Part shown: in pieces, positions 28,375-39,395 of the stretch
Layout: each line of letters opens with the position of its first letter
Numbering within the stretch: position 1 is the first letter of the stretch
Assembly (NCBI GenBank): GCA_947381905.1
Contig: CANCXL010000009.1
Coordinates: 63-64,062, forward strand
Source of the DNA: an uncultured Clostridiaceae bacterium
GTDB lineage: Bacteria; Bacillota; Clostridia; TANB77; CAG-465
Length of the DNA: 64,000 nt
Direction: 5' to 3'
The notes under the pieces: generated by a model
What the model saw: the letters and a program-made list of their open reading frames with translations, nothing else
The model's database searches: none
What the model was told of the DNA's origin: nothing
Translations under genes and position numbers: made by a program

Positions 28375-28839
28375 TTATATATCCTTTCTAAGCTTAACTT
28401 GGAATTCTTCAAATCCCACTCTTTCGTAAAAAGCGCGTGCACTGTAGTTGTTTGATAGTGCATTAAGCTCAATACTTGTAAGCATCCTTGATTTTGCCCA
28501 CTTTGTTACCTCTTCTATAATTTTCTTACCATATCCCTTATTTCTATATTCTGGAAGCATTACTATCTCATATATAAATGCATAATGGTCTTCAACAAAT
28601 GAATCATATTCCTTAAAAGGTGATACTCTTTCTTCTATTAAAGCATAACCAATTATTTTTTCATCATCAATGGCTAAAATATAATCCGATTCTTTTGATA
28701 TTATCATTGATTTTATAAATGAGTCAGGAAATGATATTGGATTATATATATTTTCATTTAATTGATTTAAGACTAAAAAAAGCTCTGTATTTAATTTATA
28801 TATATCTTGTATATCATTTAAATCTGCAATTTTAAACAT
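28375..28839 (-). CDS. GNAT-family N-acetyltransferase (start probably MFKIAD)
   Basis: PEYRNKGYGKK, N..A..FYERVGF. Confidence 0.9.
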   Translation of the reverse strand: MFKIADLNDIQDIYKLNTELFLVLNQLNENIYNPISFPDSFIKSMIISKESDYILAIDDEKIIGYALIEERVSPFKEYDSFVEDHYAFIYEIVMLPEYRNKGYGKKIIEEVTKWAKSRMLTSIELNALSNNYSARAFYERVGFEEFQVKLRKDI

Positions 28840-28919
28840 AATCATCCCTCTTTTTTTGTTATTATATATTATAGTATTTATTTTTGCAACAATATAAGAC
28901 AAGCAAAATCTGCTTGTCT

Positions 28920-29261
28920 TTAATTATAAACTTCTAACACTTCAAATTCTATAAATTCAATAAGATAATCTTCATCAAAATCTGGATAATACATAAGGAA
29001 AAAATCTATATGTATTTTTCTCCACTCATCTAAATCTCCTTCTCCTTCTTTTACTACATCTTCTTGTTTTGCCTCTTTAAATTTAAATATCTTTACATCA
29101 GTTATCCTTATCTTACAAATGTCTTTGCCATTAAATGTAATAATATTTTCTTCGCCCACTAAAGATTCTTTATCTAGATTATATATACTTGATGTAGCTC
29201 TTTTTTTACCACTTAATATAAGTTCTAGTAAATATTCATCTTGAAATCCCCATCTTTTCAT
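28920..29261 (-). CDS. ASCH-domain protein
   Basis: GKKRATSS, EGEGDL..WR..H..FF. Confidence 0.85.
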   Translation of the reverse strand: MKRWGFQDEYLLELILSGKKRATSSIYNLDKESLVGEENIITFNGKDICKIRITDVKIFKFKEAKQEDVVKEGEGDLDEWRKIHIDFFLMYYPDFDEDYLIEFIEFEVLEVYN

Positions 29262-29797
29262 TATATAAAATTCCTTTCAATAAATTCTTTGTGTTCATTA
29301 TTTACAATCATATTTTGTCCTTTTGCAATTTGATCTAGTAATTCTTTTAACATTTTATATGCCATATCATATTGTTCTTTAGTAATGTCATTTTCATCTA
29401 ATGCTTTTTGAAGCTCATCCTCATCCCATACTTTAACTATTTCACCATTTACCATGTCAATTGTTATGTCTAAATATAAATCATCATAATATAATCCTTT
29501 TTCATAATCTATACCTATTGAGTCAATTATATCTATATAGTATGATAAAACATTTTTATCCCTATCTAGAAAAACTCTTACCCCATAATGTGAATTTTTA
29601 GGTAAATATTCAAGAATATAATAGCCTTCATCTAAAAGACATACATTTTTCCCAGTATGCGTTGATATATATGGTTTATCTATGCTATTTACTTTTTTTA
29701 TAACACAAAAACAATCTAATACATCATTTTCAAATTGTGTAAGTATATATTTATCTACACCTTTTAAATATGTATTTGTTAAAAATTTTCTTTTCAT
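29261..29797 (-). CDS. DUF402-family protein
   Basis: YYIDI, YDDLYLDI, DEDELQKAL. Confidence 0.8.
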   Translation of the reverse strand: MKRKFLTNTYLKGVDKYILTQFENDVLDCFCVIKKVNSIDKPYISTHTGKNVCLLDEGYYILEYLPKNSHYGVRVFLDRDKNVLSYYIDIIDSIGIDYEKGLYYDDLYLDITIDMVNGEIVKVWDEDELQKALDENDITKEQYDMAYKMLKELLDQIAKGQNMIVNNEHKEFIERNFI

Positions 29798-29888
29798 AAA
29801 AATTCACCTTCATTCTTTATTTTATCAATAAATAGCTATTTTGACAAGAAAAAGAGAATAGATTCATAATCTATCCTCTAAAAAAAAC

Positions 29889-30320
29889 TTATTTTGCTTT
29901 TTCATTTACTGAAACAGAAACTTTTCCGTTTTCTATACTTTTAAATGATACTCCATAAGGAATATTATTTGGTTCACTATGAATTGAATATCCTACTCCA
30001 AATGTATATTCACCTTTATATTCAGTATCATTTACAACTAATGTATACTCAAGTTTAAATGCTTCTCCTTCTTTATAGTTAAGATCTGAATCTATTTTTA
30101 ATGATATATTATCCTCTCCATTTTTTAGACTTGCTTCTTCTCCAGCATTAAGCCATATTTCTGTTCCCATATCTACTTTTACTTTTTTAGCACTAGAGTT
30201 TGCAACAATTATTATAATTACAACAACAGCTATAATAGCAATAAGTATTAATGCAAATATTCCTAATCTTTTCTTGTCTATTTGATTTGTTTTTTTATTA
30301 TTTCTTGTATTGTTTTTCAT
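29889..30320 (-). CDS. Hypothetical membrane-anchored protein (start probably MKNNT)
   Basis: AAGGAG RBS, single TM. Confidence 0.7.
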   Translation of the reverse strand: MKNNTRNNKKTNQIDKKRLGIFALILIAIIAVVVIIIIVANSSAKKVKVDMGTEIWLNAGEEASLKNGEDNISLKIDSDLNYKEGEAFKLEYTLVVNDTEYKGEYTFGVGYSIHSEPNNIPYGVSFKSIENGKVSVSVNEKAK

Positions 30321-30403
30321 TATATCTATCTCCTTGTCTTTTGCTCTCTCATTATACCACAATGTAGTTTACTTGACAAGAAAAATGTATAATTTTGTAA
30401 TAC

Positions 30404-31453
30404 CTAAATATTATTTAAATCATTTATCATATTTTCAATAAAGGCACCATATCCCCTTTGTGGATCATCTAATAATACATGTGTAATGCAACCAATAAGT
30501 TTTCCATTTTGAATTATTGGTGCACCACTCATTCCTTGCACAATACCACCAGTTTTTTCAATGAGTTCTTTGTCTGTAACTTTAATCGATATATTCTTAT
30601 TATCTGTTGAATTAATATATATTTTTTCAACTTCAACATCGTATTTTTTCTTTTCGTTATTCTCAAGAGTAATAATAATTTGAGCTTTTCCAATTTCTAT
30701 ACTATTCTTGTCTACTACTTCTATAATATCATTTTCTTTATATATATTATTATCTTCAATATGCCCAAATATACCATTTTTAGTATTAGTATATATCTGT
30801 CCTAATGTATCATTAGTTAAAGTTCCTTTTAATTCACCAGGTATTTTTGAAATACCTTTTTTAATAGAATAAATCTCTGTTTTAGTTATTCCTCCAGTAG
30901 TTATTGGCAAAATATTTAAATTAGAGGTCTCTGTTATGGCATGACCAAGTGCTGCAAAATTTCCACTTTCCTTCTCATAAAATGTTATTGTTCCAACACC
31001 TGCACTACTATCTTTTACCCACAAACCTAATCTATACTCACCTGTATTATTATTCCTTTTAGGACTAACCTTTATATTTTTATTTTCATCATTTCTAGAG
31101 ATTGTAAGATCTAGCTCTTGCCCAAGAGATGCAAATTCTTCAAGTTCTGCATTAGTTTCAATTTTGCAGCCATTAACTTCTAAAATAATATCTCCTACTT
31201 TTAAATCTACATCTTCTCTATCAGTTCCCATAACTAGTACTCCTGTAGCAAGTAGTTTTATTCCAACAGTTTCTCCTCCTACAATATATGTCTTATCTTT
31301 ATTAATACACTCAACACTTTTATTTTCTGCTTTTACTTCAAATAAGAATAAAAAAGCAGATAATAAAACAGTAATTAATATTAAGATAATCTGTATTTTA
31401 TATTTTTCTAAATATTTAAATATTGACTCCAAGAATTCCTCCAATAATACCAC
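30404..31453 (-). CDS. spoIVB: SpoIVB peptidase (S55); start uncertain
   Basis: PDZ domain, GLWVKDSSAGVGT, ALGH, GGIVQGMSGAPIIQNGK. Confidence 0.93.
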   Translation of the reverse strand: MVLLEEFLESIFKYLEKYKIQIILILITVLLSAFLFLFEVKAENKSVECINKDKTYIVGGETVGIKLLATGVLVMGTDREDVDLKVGDIILEVNGCKIETNAELEEFASLGQELDLTISRNDENKNIKVSPKRNNNTGEYRLGLWVKDSSAGVGTITFYEKESGNFAALGHAITETSNLNILPITTGGITKTEIYSIKKGISKIPGELKGTLTNDTLGQIYTNTKNGIFGHIEDNNIYKENDIIEVVDKNSIEIGKAQIIITLENNEKKKYDVEVEKIYINSTDNKNISIKVTDKELIEKTGGIVQGMSGAPIIQNGKLIGCITHVLLDDPQRGYGAFIENMINDLNNI

Positions 31454-31775
31454 TCAATATACAAATTCCAATATATATTCCTAGTGTGTTAGTAATTATA
31501 AAGGAATTATTTATAAAACATGATATACCAAAAAGTATTAACACACATGCTACATTTAAAATAGCACCATGAATGAGTCCATTCTTTTTTACTTTCTTAC
31601 ATAAAAACAATGAAGAGAAAAAAGATGAAAACGCAAGAGATGCAAATATGCATGTTTCAATATATCTATCTTCAATATTAGTATTTGCAAAAATAGCAGA
31701 AACTATTAATAATAATGCACATATACATATAACAAATGATACAATTCCAATAAAATAACCTTTAACATAATTCAT
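31416..31775 (-). CDS. TIGR04086/DUF3792-like membrane protein
   Basis: Four TMs, KKNGLIHG, GIIGGILGVN C-terminus. Confidence 0.75.
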   Translation of the reverse strand: MNYVKGYFIGIVSFVICICALLLIVSAIFANTNIEDRYIETCIFASLAFSSFFSSLFLCKKVKKNGLIHGAILNVACVLILFGISCFINNSFIITNTLGIYIGICILSGIIGGILGVNI

Positions 31776-31924
31776 ATGATCTACCTCAATAGATTATATG
31801 AATTATTTTTTAATATATACACATATTAGATTGAAAATAGACACTATATTTAAAATATAGCGTCTATTAATAAAATGTTTGCTCTAGTTTGTAGTATTGT
31901 ACATACTAAGTTATACATTCAATT

Positions 31925-32815
31925 TTAATCATTCAATTTTTCTATTTCTTGTATGGTAAGTCCTGTTATTTCAGATATTGTTGAAATCTCCATCTTCTTA
32001 TCAAGTAATCTTTTGGCAATTTCTATTTGTTTATTTTTTTGTCCTTGCTCTATGCCTTGTTCTAATCCATCTTTTAATCCATTTTGCCATCCTTCTTTAT
32101 ATCCATAATCTCTTATTGCCATTTCATCCCTTATTGCTTTTTCTCGCATATCTGCAAGCCATCTTTCGTGTTCGTCTTGACTCAATTTATTTAATTCTTC
32201 TTTAGCTCTTTGTATTCCCTTATTCTCATCCATAATAGATTCCTCCACATTTTCTGGAAATTTTATAAACTTGCACCATTACATTAGTTCTTTTTCTTCT
32301 TTGTTCATGCAGCTTATATTCTCCATTTTTGTTAATTCTATTATATGAATTTCTAGTTTGTCTGTCAATATTACTTCCTTATTATTTTCTTCTCTAATCA
32401 TCCATTTTGTATGATATTGAACTATTTCTTTTAACTTTTCTAAATCAAAATCTGCTATCATTATACATATAGCTCTTTTAGTCCTATCATATCCATCTCC
32501 CTTTAATAATGAACTACCATACATTTTAGCCCAATACCATAATATTCTATCTGCTATATACTCTGAATTTATAACTTGCATTTCTATATCTATATTATCT
32601 ACCTCATTTGCAACTACTTTTACATCTAATATTCCCATCTTTTTTTCTAATAGCTCTCTCTCTAGTATTGGAGTTTCTTCTAAATCTATACTTTCAAAAG
32701 ATTTATTTGTTACTGCTTTTAAAAATTCTTTTGTTATATCTTCATTTCCTTTCTTACCAAATATTTTCTTAAATACATAATCATTTGTTACTTTTAACAA
32801 TTTATTTTCATCCAT
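31925..32815 (-). pseudogene. Rpn-family recombination-promoting nuclease/putative transposase (PD-(D/E)XK), interrupted by one in-frame TAA at 32279-32281
   Basis: NDYVFKKIFG, LDV...DIEMQ, HIIEL; same frame resumes WCKFIKFPE after the stop; C-terminal G..QG repeats and IAKRLL...ITGLT. Confidence 0.85.
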
Positions 32816-32989
32816 TATAATTCTCCTAACATAATATTTTTTCACTAGTGATAAGAAGATTATATTTTGTGTAATCTAAATTGTAAATATATTTATAAAC
32901 ACATTCCAAAACTAGAATTAACTAGCTATTTTATTATTTTAATTTTGTCAAAAAAAGTACCTTAACTTACGCTAAAGCACTTTTTAGTT

Positions 32990-33877
32990 TTATTCTTCTG
33001 TTATTACATCTACATTTGTAGCTTCAACAACATCATCTTTTTTAAAATTTTCTCCTTTTTCATTAAGAATATTCTCATAGAAACATACTAATGCTACCTG
33101 TATATATGGTGTTAAGAATAAATATCCTATTCCAAATGTAAATACACTTAGTATTGCCCAACCAATAAATGAGAATATTAAACAAAACATTTTCCATTTA
33201 TATCCGTTCATTAATTCCATTGATTTATTAACACATTCTTTTGCTGTTAGTTCTTCATTATCTATTGCAACATATTCAGATAATGCAATAGCAAATGTTC
33301 TTTGAATCATAATAACTTCTACTACAATTAATCCAACTGCAATTGCTATAGCAAGTATTACAGACAATATTTCTGCACCTATAGCACTAAAGATAGCCAT
33401 TAAAATAATTGCGCCAAAATATGCTGTAAAGAATATTAAATATATAGATAACATTTTCCACAGCTTCCATAAAGTTACTTTCCATGCACGTGTAAAATAT
33501 TTAAACCATTGTTTAAAAAATTGTGTTGCTTTTACAGAGTCATCTCTTTTTAGTTCTACTATATTTTTAATAAAACTATAAGCAAGTGGAACAGTAATTA
33601 CAATAACTACTAGTAATAATAAATAGCATAATACAAATGATCCAATTAATGATGTTATCATCTCTGTTGCAAAAGCTGTTATAGCAGCATCTGAACCTGA
33701 TGCTAATACACTCGCTCCTTCAATAATTAATGAAAAAAATGTAGAAACAAAAGGAATAAAACATATAACTATACATATAACTTGAATTACTAGATATAGT
33801 AGATTCATTCCTACAAATTTTCCCTATCTACCAGACATATTTTCTCTAGCTTGAGCTCTTAACTCCTTTGCTTTCAT
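32990..33877 (-). pseudogene. DUF975-family membrane protein with in-frame TAG at codon 18 (33824-33826)
   Basis: AGGAGG-N7-ATG at 33877: MKAKELRAQARENMSGR*GKFVGMNLL...; S.ELM.GYKW..F...SFIGW...T.GIG.L.L.PY motif. Confidence 0.75.
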
Positions 33878-33889
33878 AAATAAACCTCC

Positions 33890-34348
33890 TTATATAATAT
33901 CATTATCTATATTTTCTTCTTCTGCTTCAACATCTGTTTTTAGTGCCACATTAGTAGACTTTCTTTTTCTCATATATCTAGATTTTGTTTGTGCTTTATC
34001 CATAAAATCTCTTCTAATAATAGAGAAATTATTAAGTATTCTTCCTCCAAATACTATAACAGCAGCAAGATAAATCTCAACATTTAAAATTTCTCCTAAA
34101 TACACCAAAAATATTGCAAATAATGCATTAAAGAAAAATCCAGATAAAAATATTTTCATTTTAAAGTTTTTACCAGTATTTGCTGCTAGTGCTCCAAAAA
34201 CAGAATCTAGGCATGCAAGAATAGCAACTGCTACATACTGATAACTTGAATATGGTATACTAATATGCTGTCCAAGTAATATACCACAAATAATAAATAC
34301 TGCTAATACTAAAATTCCAATCATTATATTACTCTCCTTGCTTTGCAA
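33890..34348 (-). CDS. sbp: Small basic protein (DUF1290)
   Basis: YVAVAILACLDSVFG, FLSGFFFN, RILNN..IIRR; follows DUF881. Confidence 0.85.
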   Translation of the reverse strand: MQSKESNIMIGILVLAVFIICGILLGQHISIPYSSYQYVAVAILACLDSVFGALAANTGKNFKMKIFLSGFFFNALFAIFLVYLGEILNVEIYLAAVIVFGGRILNNFSIIRRDFMDKAQTKSRYMRKRKSTNVALKTDVEAEEENIDNDII

Positions 34349-35072
34349 AATTAAAAGTTACAACACCATCATATTTAGGAATTTCAAGTTGACTTTCTCT
34401 TGTTAGAGTAACCTTTAATCCATATCCATTTAATGCATCTACTACACCATTTCTCATAGTTAGTGCACTTTCTAAATACTGTGCATTCCCAATAGCTTTT
34501 ATCTCAAAAGGTGCCGCAACTTTTTGATAGTTTACTTGTATTACAGAACCTACACATCTTATTGCAGATGTAGTTATTATTCTTTGATTATTAACACTTA
34601 TTGCTTCTGCTCCTGCAACTCTTAATTCATTTATTACTGTAAGTACATCACTATCATGTACTAAAGCACCTGAACTATTTCCATCATATAAAGTTATTAT
34701 TATTCCTTCACCTTGAACATCAGTTGTCCCAGATAGAAGTTCTAATGTCTCAACTTGTTTTTTCATAGAGGCAATTAAACTATTATTTGTTGCTGAATTA
34801 GTTTGATATTCCTCTACTATTTCTTGACTTTCGTCATATTTTTGTTTAAGCTCATCATATTCTTTTTGTAAACTTACTAAAGAATCTGCAAGTTCACTTT
34901 CTCTTTTTCCATTTAGTACTTCTTCAGATTTGCTAATAGTTGTAACTTGAGCTGTAATCATAACAGTAAGAAAAAAGGCAGCAATTCCAATTGATGTATA
35001 TGCTGGAATCATATTCTTATGTATAAATGCTTTAAATTTATTATTTTTTTTCTTTTTAGTCTCCTCTTCCAA
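34329..35072 (-). CDS. DUF881-family protein (YlxW/YlxX-like)
   Basis: G.TDVQGEGIIITL, VHDSD...INEL..AGAEAISVNNQR. Confidence 0.9.
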   Translation of the reverse strand: MEEETKKKKNNKFKAFIHKNMIPAYTSIGIAAFFLTVMITAQVTTISKSEEVLNGKRESELADSLVSLQKEYDELKQKYDESQEIVEEYQTNSATNNSLIASMKKQVETLELLSGTTDVQGEGIIITLYDGNSSGALVHDSDVLTVINELRVAGAEAISVNNQRIITTSAIRCVGSVIQVNYQKVAAPFEIKAIGNAQYLESALTMRNGVVDALNGYGLKVTLTRESQLEIPKYDGVVTFNFAKQGE

Positions 35073-35086
35073 AACTAGTTCACTCC

Positions 35087-36139
35087 CTAATCATATTTTG
35101 AATACACAGGATTTTCAATACTCATATCTATATATCCTTCTAAATTATTTCCATTTTTATTTATTATCCCTTTTAAAAATGATACTTTATACTCTAAATT
35201 AGAATCATTAGAAAAAGTTATATTTAGTTTATCATCTAAGCTAATTGTTGTCAAGGAAGTAGAAAAGTTTACTTTTGTAATATTTCCTTGTATTTCGTAC
35301 TTTTGTATCATTTCTTTTATATTATTATATATTTCTAACTTATTTAAATAAACCTCGCTTATTTTATCTCCAAGTTTTATATTTTCTTCAAATACAAATC
35401 CCTCGATAACTAATTCATCTTTTTTAGATTCTATCTTACATTCTTCAAGTAAAAATCCATCATTATCTATTTTATAATACTTACTAGTATTTCTATCTAG
35501 AGCGATATATGCTGGATAACGCTCTTTAACGTTTACTACAATTTTATTTGGTAAAACAATATTAAAATCTGCTTTTGAAACATATGGTAATTCTATATCT
35601 TTAGAACTAAATAACATTTCTTTAAAAATATTCTCACCTTTTTTTAATTTTATATTTCTTAAAATTTCATCAGAAGAATATTTTTCATTGCCAGATATTG
35701 TTATATCATCAATGTTAAATACTTCTAACGAAAAAGCTAAATAAATTGCTACAGAAATTAATGCAATAAATAAAGTAAATTTTAATATTGCCTTCGATAT
35801 ATTTTTTCTGCCGCTACTATCTTTAATATCATTCTTAACTATTCTTTTAGGTTCAATCTTTCCAATAACATTTGGTGTTATTATTTCTTGATTGTTATCT
35901 CCATCAAAAAAAGGTACATATTCAAGCTCTGCATCTTTATCTTTTAATCTAATGTTATTATTAGGATTTCTGTTATTTACTCTTGAAGGTGCTCTTTGAG
36001 CTTGTACTTTTTTACTATTTGGAATATTTTTTTTTACAACCTTTTTGTTAGAACTAGAAGGACTAGCACTAACTTTTTTTATAGGTTTCTTCACTACTCT
36101 TTTGCTATTACTTGTCCTACTATTTTCCACATATATCAC
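35087..36139 (-). CDS. divIB: Cell division protein FtsQ/DivIB
   Basis: TM followed by POTRA-like domain (F.I..I.I.GN, LPYV....PN.I.V.V.ER); dcw position. Confidence 0.8.
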   Translation of the reverse strand: MIYVENSRTSNSKRVVKKPIKKVSASPSSSNKKVVKKNIPNSKKVQAQRAPSRVNNRNPNNNIRLKDKDAELEYVPFFDGDNNQEIITPNVIGKIEPKRIVKNDIKDSSGRKNISKAILKFTLFIALISVAIYLAFSLEVFNIDDITISGNEKYSSDEILRNIKLKKGENIFKEMLFSSKDIELPYVSKADFNIVLPNKIVVNVKERYPAYIALDRNTSKYYKIDNDGFLLEECKIESKKDELVIEGFVFEENIKLGDKISEVYLNKLEIYNNIKEMIQKYEIQGNITKVNFSTSLTTISLDDKLNITFSNDSNLEYKVSFLKGIINKNGNNLEGYIDMSIENPVYSKYD

Positions 36140-37258
36140 CTACTTAATTTTTATACAATCATATATCTTTTTTTCTACATCTTTAACTATAACAGAAGAT
36201 GCTTTTTGTCCCATCTTATCTATATTGTCTTGACTTGACAATATATCTTTTATAGCATTATTTAATGATTCTTCGGTTAAATCTTTCTGCTCTATAATTT
36301 TTGCTGCACCAACATTTTCTAAAACTTTTGCATTAAAAAATTGATGATTTTCTGCAGCAGTTGGTAATGGTATAAGTACAGATGGTTTATGTGCAAGTGA
36401 AAGCTCGCTAATAGTCATGGCTCCAGCTCTTGTTATACACATATCTGCTACCTTATACATCTCATCCATGTTAAATACAAATTTTTCAAGCCTTAAATAT
36501 TCATCTAGGCTTCTTCCTATATCTTTTTGTGCCTCTTCTTTTAGAGTCTTTACCTCATCGTAATTTTTATCTCCCGTTACAAGTATAAAGTAAATATCCT
36601 TATTTTGGTATTTCTTTATCATAGAAAGAACAACTTCATTAATTCTTTTTGCTCCTTGACTACCACATGTAACTAATACAATTTTTTTATTTATATTATC
36701 TAAATTTAATTTTTTAAGACATGTTTTTTTGTCTAAAGCTATTATGTCTTGTTCGTTAAACTTAGCTGGAGTTCCTGTATATACTACATTTGCTTTTGAA
36801 TTAAGTCTTGATTTAGCATCCTCAAACCCAACCATAACACACTTTGCATCTTTTGCAAGTAACTTAACAGAAACACCTGGAAATGCATTACTTTCATGTA
36901 AAACATATGGAATATTAAGCTTTTTTGCAGCTTTCATTACAGGACCACATATATAACCACCTGTTCCAATAATTATATCTGGCTTGAACTCTTTTATTAT
37001 ACTTTTAGAGTCCCCTATTCCTCTGTATGCATTAATTAGAGCGGAAACATTTTTTAACGTAAGTTCCCTTAATATTTTTCCAGTTCTTATATGTTTTATC
37101 TCATATCCAGCATTAATAACTAATTTATTTTCAAGTCCATTTTCTGTTCCTATAAATAATATTTTACTATCATTTTCATTCTTTTTAATTAAATTAGCCA
37201 TTGCAATTGCGGGATTAATGTGACCTCCTGTACCTGCACATGCAAAAATAACTCTCAT
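36140..37258 (-). CDS. murG: Undecaprenyl-PP-MurNAc-pentapeptide GlcNAc transferase
   Basis: GTGGHINPA, GTGGY, HESN, GSQGA, RAGA, HQ..NA. Confidence 0.97.
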   Translation of the reverse strand: MRVIFACAGTGGHINPAIAMANLIKKNENDSKILFIGTENGLENKLVINAGYEIKHIRTGKILRELTLKNVSALINAYRGIGDSKSIIKEFKPDIIIGTGGYICGPVMKAAKKLNIPYVLHESNAFPGVSVKLLAKDAKCVMVGFEDAKSRLNSKANVVYTGTPAKFNEQDIIALDKKTCLKKLNLDNINKKIVLVTCGSQGAKRINEVVLSMIKKYQNKDIYFILVTGDKNYDEVKTLKEEAQKDIGRSLDEYLRLEKFVFNMDEMYKVADMCITRAGAMTISELSLAHKPSVLIPLPTAAENHQFFNAKVLENVGAAKIIEQKDLTEESLNNAIKDILSSQDNIDKMGQKASSVIVKDVEKKIYDCIKIK

Positions 37259-37271
37259 AAAAGTCTCCTCT

Positions 37272-38405
37272 CTATTGTTCTCTAACTTTATTACAATTTC
37301 TAGATATACTTAAAAGTATACCCATAGAGCATAAATTAATAAATAATGAAGTTCCACCATAACTAAAAAATGGTAATGGCATACCTGTAACTGGCATCGT
37401 ACAAGTTACAACTGCAATATTTATTATTATTTGAAAAGCAAAAATACTAGTAAGACCAGCTGCAATTAAAGAGCCATAAAAATCTTTACAAGTCATTGCT
37501 ATCTTATATCCTTTAAATATAAATATTGAAAAAAGTAATAAAACAACTGATGTTCCAATAAGTCCCAATTCTTCTCCAAGAATTGAAAAAATAAAATCAT
37601 TTTGAGCCTCTGGCAACCATAAATATTTTTGCCTTGATTGACCAAGCCCTCTTCCTAACAATCCTCCAGATCCTATAGCATAAAGACTCTGTGCTGCTTG
37701 CCAGTTTCCATCTTTAATATCCTCTTCAGGATTCATAAAAGAAAATATTCTTTGTCGTCTAAAGTCATCTGCAAATATAAACGCTGTACCAACTAGTGCT
37801 ACAATTATTACTACAGCAATGATAGCTTTGGCATTTAGCTTTATTCCACTAGAAAATATAACAGACATTGCTGCCACAGATAATACTAACAGACCACTCA
37901 TATGCTTTTGAAAATACATCAAGAGTCCAACAATTAAAAGCATTATTATTGGAACAATATATCCTTTGTATTCAGAAAGCTTCTTTGTATTTCTTGCTAA
38001 ATATGTAGATATAGCAAGAACTAATGCTGGTTTCATTATCTCTGATGGCTGAAATTGAAATGATTCTCCAATACCTAACCATCTTTTAGCACCATTTCTT
38101 GTAACACCAAGCGGTGTTATAACAAGAAAAAGTAATATTGCAGCTATAATAAAACCTAAATAACTCCACTTCTTATACCTCTTATAATCAACTCTTGAAA
38201 TGACAATCATTGCAATTACACCCGCTAATGCAAAAATTAGCTGTCTAATAAACAAATGATTACTATCTCCATAAACTATAAGAGCATGATATGAACTTGC
38301 TGATGCAACCATTACGAGTCCTATACATAGTAGAATAATTGTAATTACAAACATTCCAAAGTCCATTCCAGCCTTATTATTTGAAATACCAACCTCTTTT
38401 TTCAT
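37272..38405 (-). CDS. ftsW: SEDS protein FtsW/SpoVE
   Basis: NGAKRW, QPSE..K, GSGG..G.G.GQS.QK..LPEAQNDFIF...EELG, SYGGTS. Confidence 0.9.
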   Translation of the reverse strand: MKKEVGISNNKAGMDFGMFVITIILLCIGLVMVASASSYHALIVYGDSNHLFIRQLIFALAGVIAMIVISRVDYKRYKKWSYLGFIIAAILLFLVITPLGVTRNGAKRWLGIGESFQFQPSEIMKPALVLAISTYLARNTKKLSEYKGYIVPIIMLLIVGLLMYFQKHMSGLLVLSVAAMSVIFSSGIKLNAKAIIAVVIIVALVGTAFIFADDFRRQRIFSFMNPEEDIKDGNWQAAQSLYAIGSGGLLGRGLGQSRQKYLWLPEAQNDFIFSILGEELGLIGTSVVLLLFSIFIFKGYKIAMTCKDFYGSLIAAGLTSIFAFQIIINIAVVTCTMPVTGMPLPFFSYGGTSLFINLCSMGILLSISRNCNKVREQ

Positions 38406-38426
38406 TAAAAACCCCTATATATAATT

Positions 38427-39380
38427 TTAAATAAAATATGCAACTACACAACAAACAATTGTAATTATCCAAAAACAAATTACAACAGTTGTTTCTTTAT
38501 AACCACTTAATTCTAAATGATGATGAAACGGTGCCATCTTAAATAGTCTTTTTCCTTTTGTAGCTTTAAAATATATTACTTGTAACATAACAGAAATTGT
38601 ATCTATAATACATACAAAGGCAACAACAGCCAAATATAATGGCATTTTAAGTATTAGAGCTGTTATTGCAACCACTCCACCTAAAGCAAGTGAACCAGTA
38701 TCGCCTAAAAATACTTTTGCAGGATGCATATTAAATAGCAAGAAACCAAGACATGCTCCTACTGTACTTGCTGAAAATACAACCATCTCATAGTTTTGTT
38801 GCTTTAAAGAAACAAGTGTAAAGAAAGTCATAATTATTGCAACTACACCTGTTGCAAGTCCATCTAGTCCATCAGTTAAATTTACAGCATTTGTTGTTCC
38901 AAGTAATATAAATGCTGCAAATAAAATAAATATTGGTAGGCCTAAACTTATTGGTTGACCTAAAACTGGTAATATAATTGTTGTTCCTAATTTAAATACA
39001 TACAAGTATAAAAATATAATTATTGCTGTAATTACAAATAGTCCAATCATTTTCATTTTAGGTGACATACCTTCTGGATCGTGTAATACTAATTTTTTAA
39101 AATCATCTAAAAAACCAATTAATCCATATCCAACTATTGCAATCATTGGCATTACAAGCATTGGATAGTCTTTAACAAAAAAAGCTAAAATTGCTGTAAC
39201 AACAAGTATAATTACTATACCACCCATAATAGGTGTCCCATTTTTTTGTAAATGAGATTTTGGTCCTTCCTCTCTTACTATCTGACCAATTTTTTTCTTT
39301 TTTAGTATCGGTACAACAATAAATCCTAGTATTACTGATGCAACAAATGATACAAATAATAATGTCGTTTGTATATTCAT
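38427..39380 (-). CDS. mraY: Phospho-N-acetylmuramoyl-pentapeptide transferase
   Basis: GTPIMGG, NAVNLTDGLDGL, FLGDTGS, MAPFHHHLE. Confidence 0.97.
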   Translation of the reverse strand: MNIQTTLLFVSFVASVILGFIVVPILKKKKIGQIVREEGPKSHLQKNGTPIMGGIVIILVVTAILAFFVKDYPMLVMPMIAIVGYGLIGFLDDFKKLVLHDPEGMSPKMKMIGLFVITAIIIFLYLYVFKLGTTIILPVLGQPISLGLPIFILFAAFILLGTTNAVNLTDGLDGLATGVVAIIMTFFTLVSLKQQNYEMVVFSASTVGACLGFLLFNMHPAKVFLGDTGSLALGGVVAITALILKMPLYLAVVAFVCIIDTISVMLQVIYFKATKGKRLFKMAPFHHHLELSGYKETTVVICFWIITIVCCVVAYFI

Positions 39381-39395
39381 TCTTGTCTCCTCGTT

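Noticed and set aside
32279-33826. Genome-wide stop-codon reassignment to explain two in-frame stops
   Set aside because: The two stops differ (TAA, TAG) and both codons end conserved genes at the expected positions here (e.g. glmS and pheS end in TAG)
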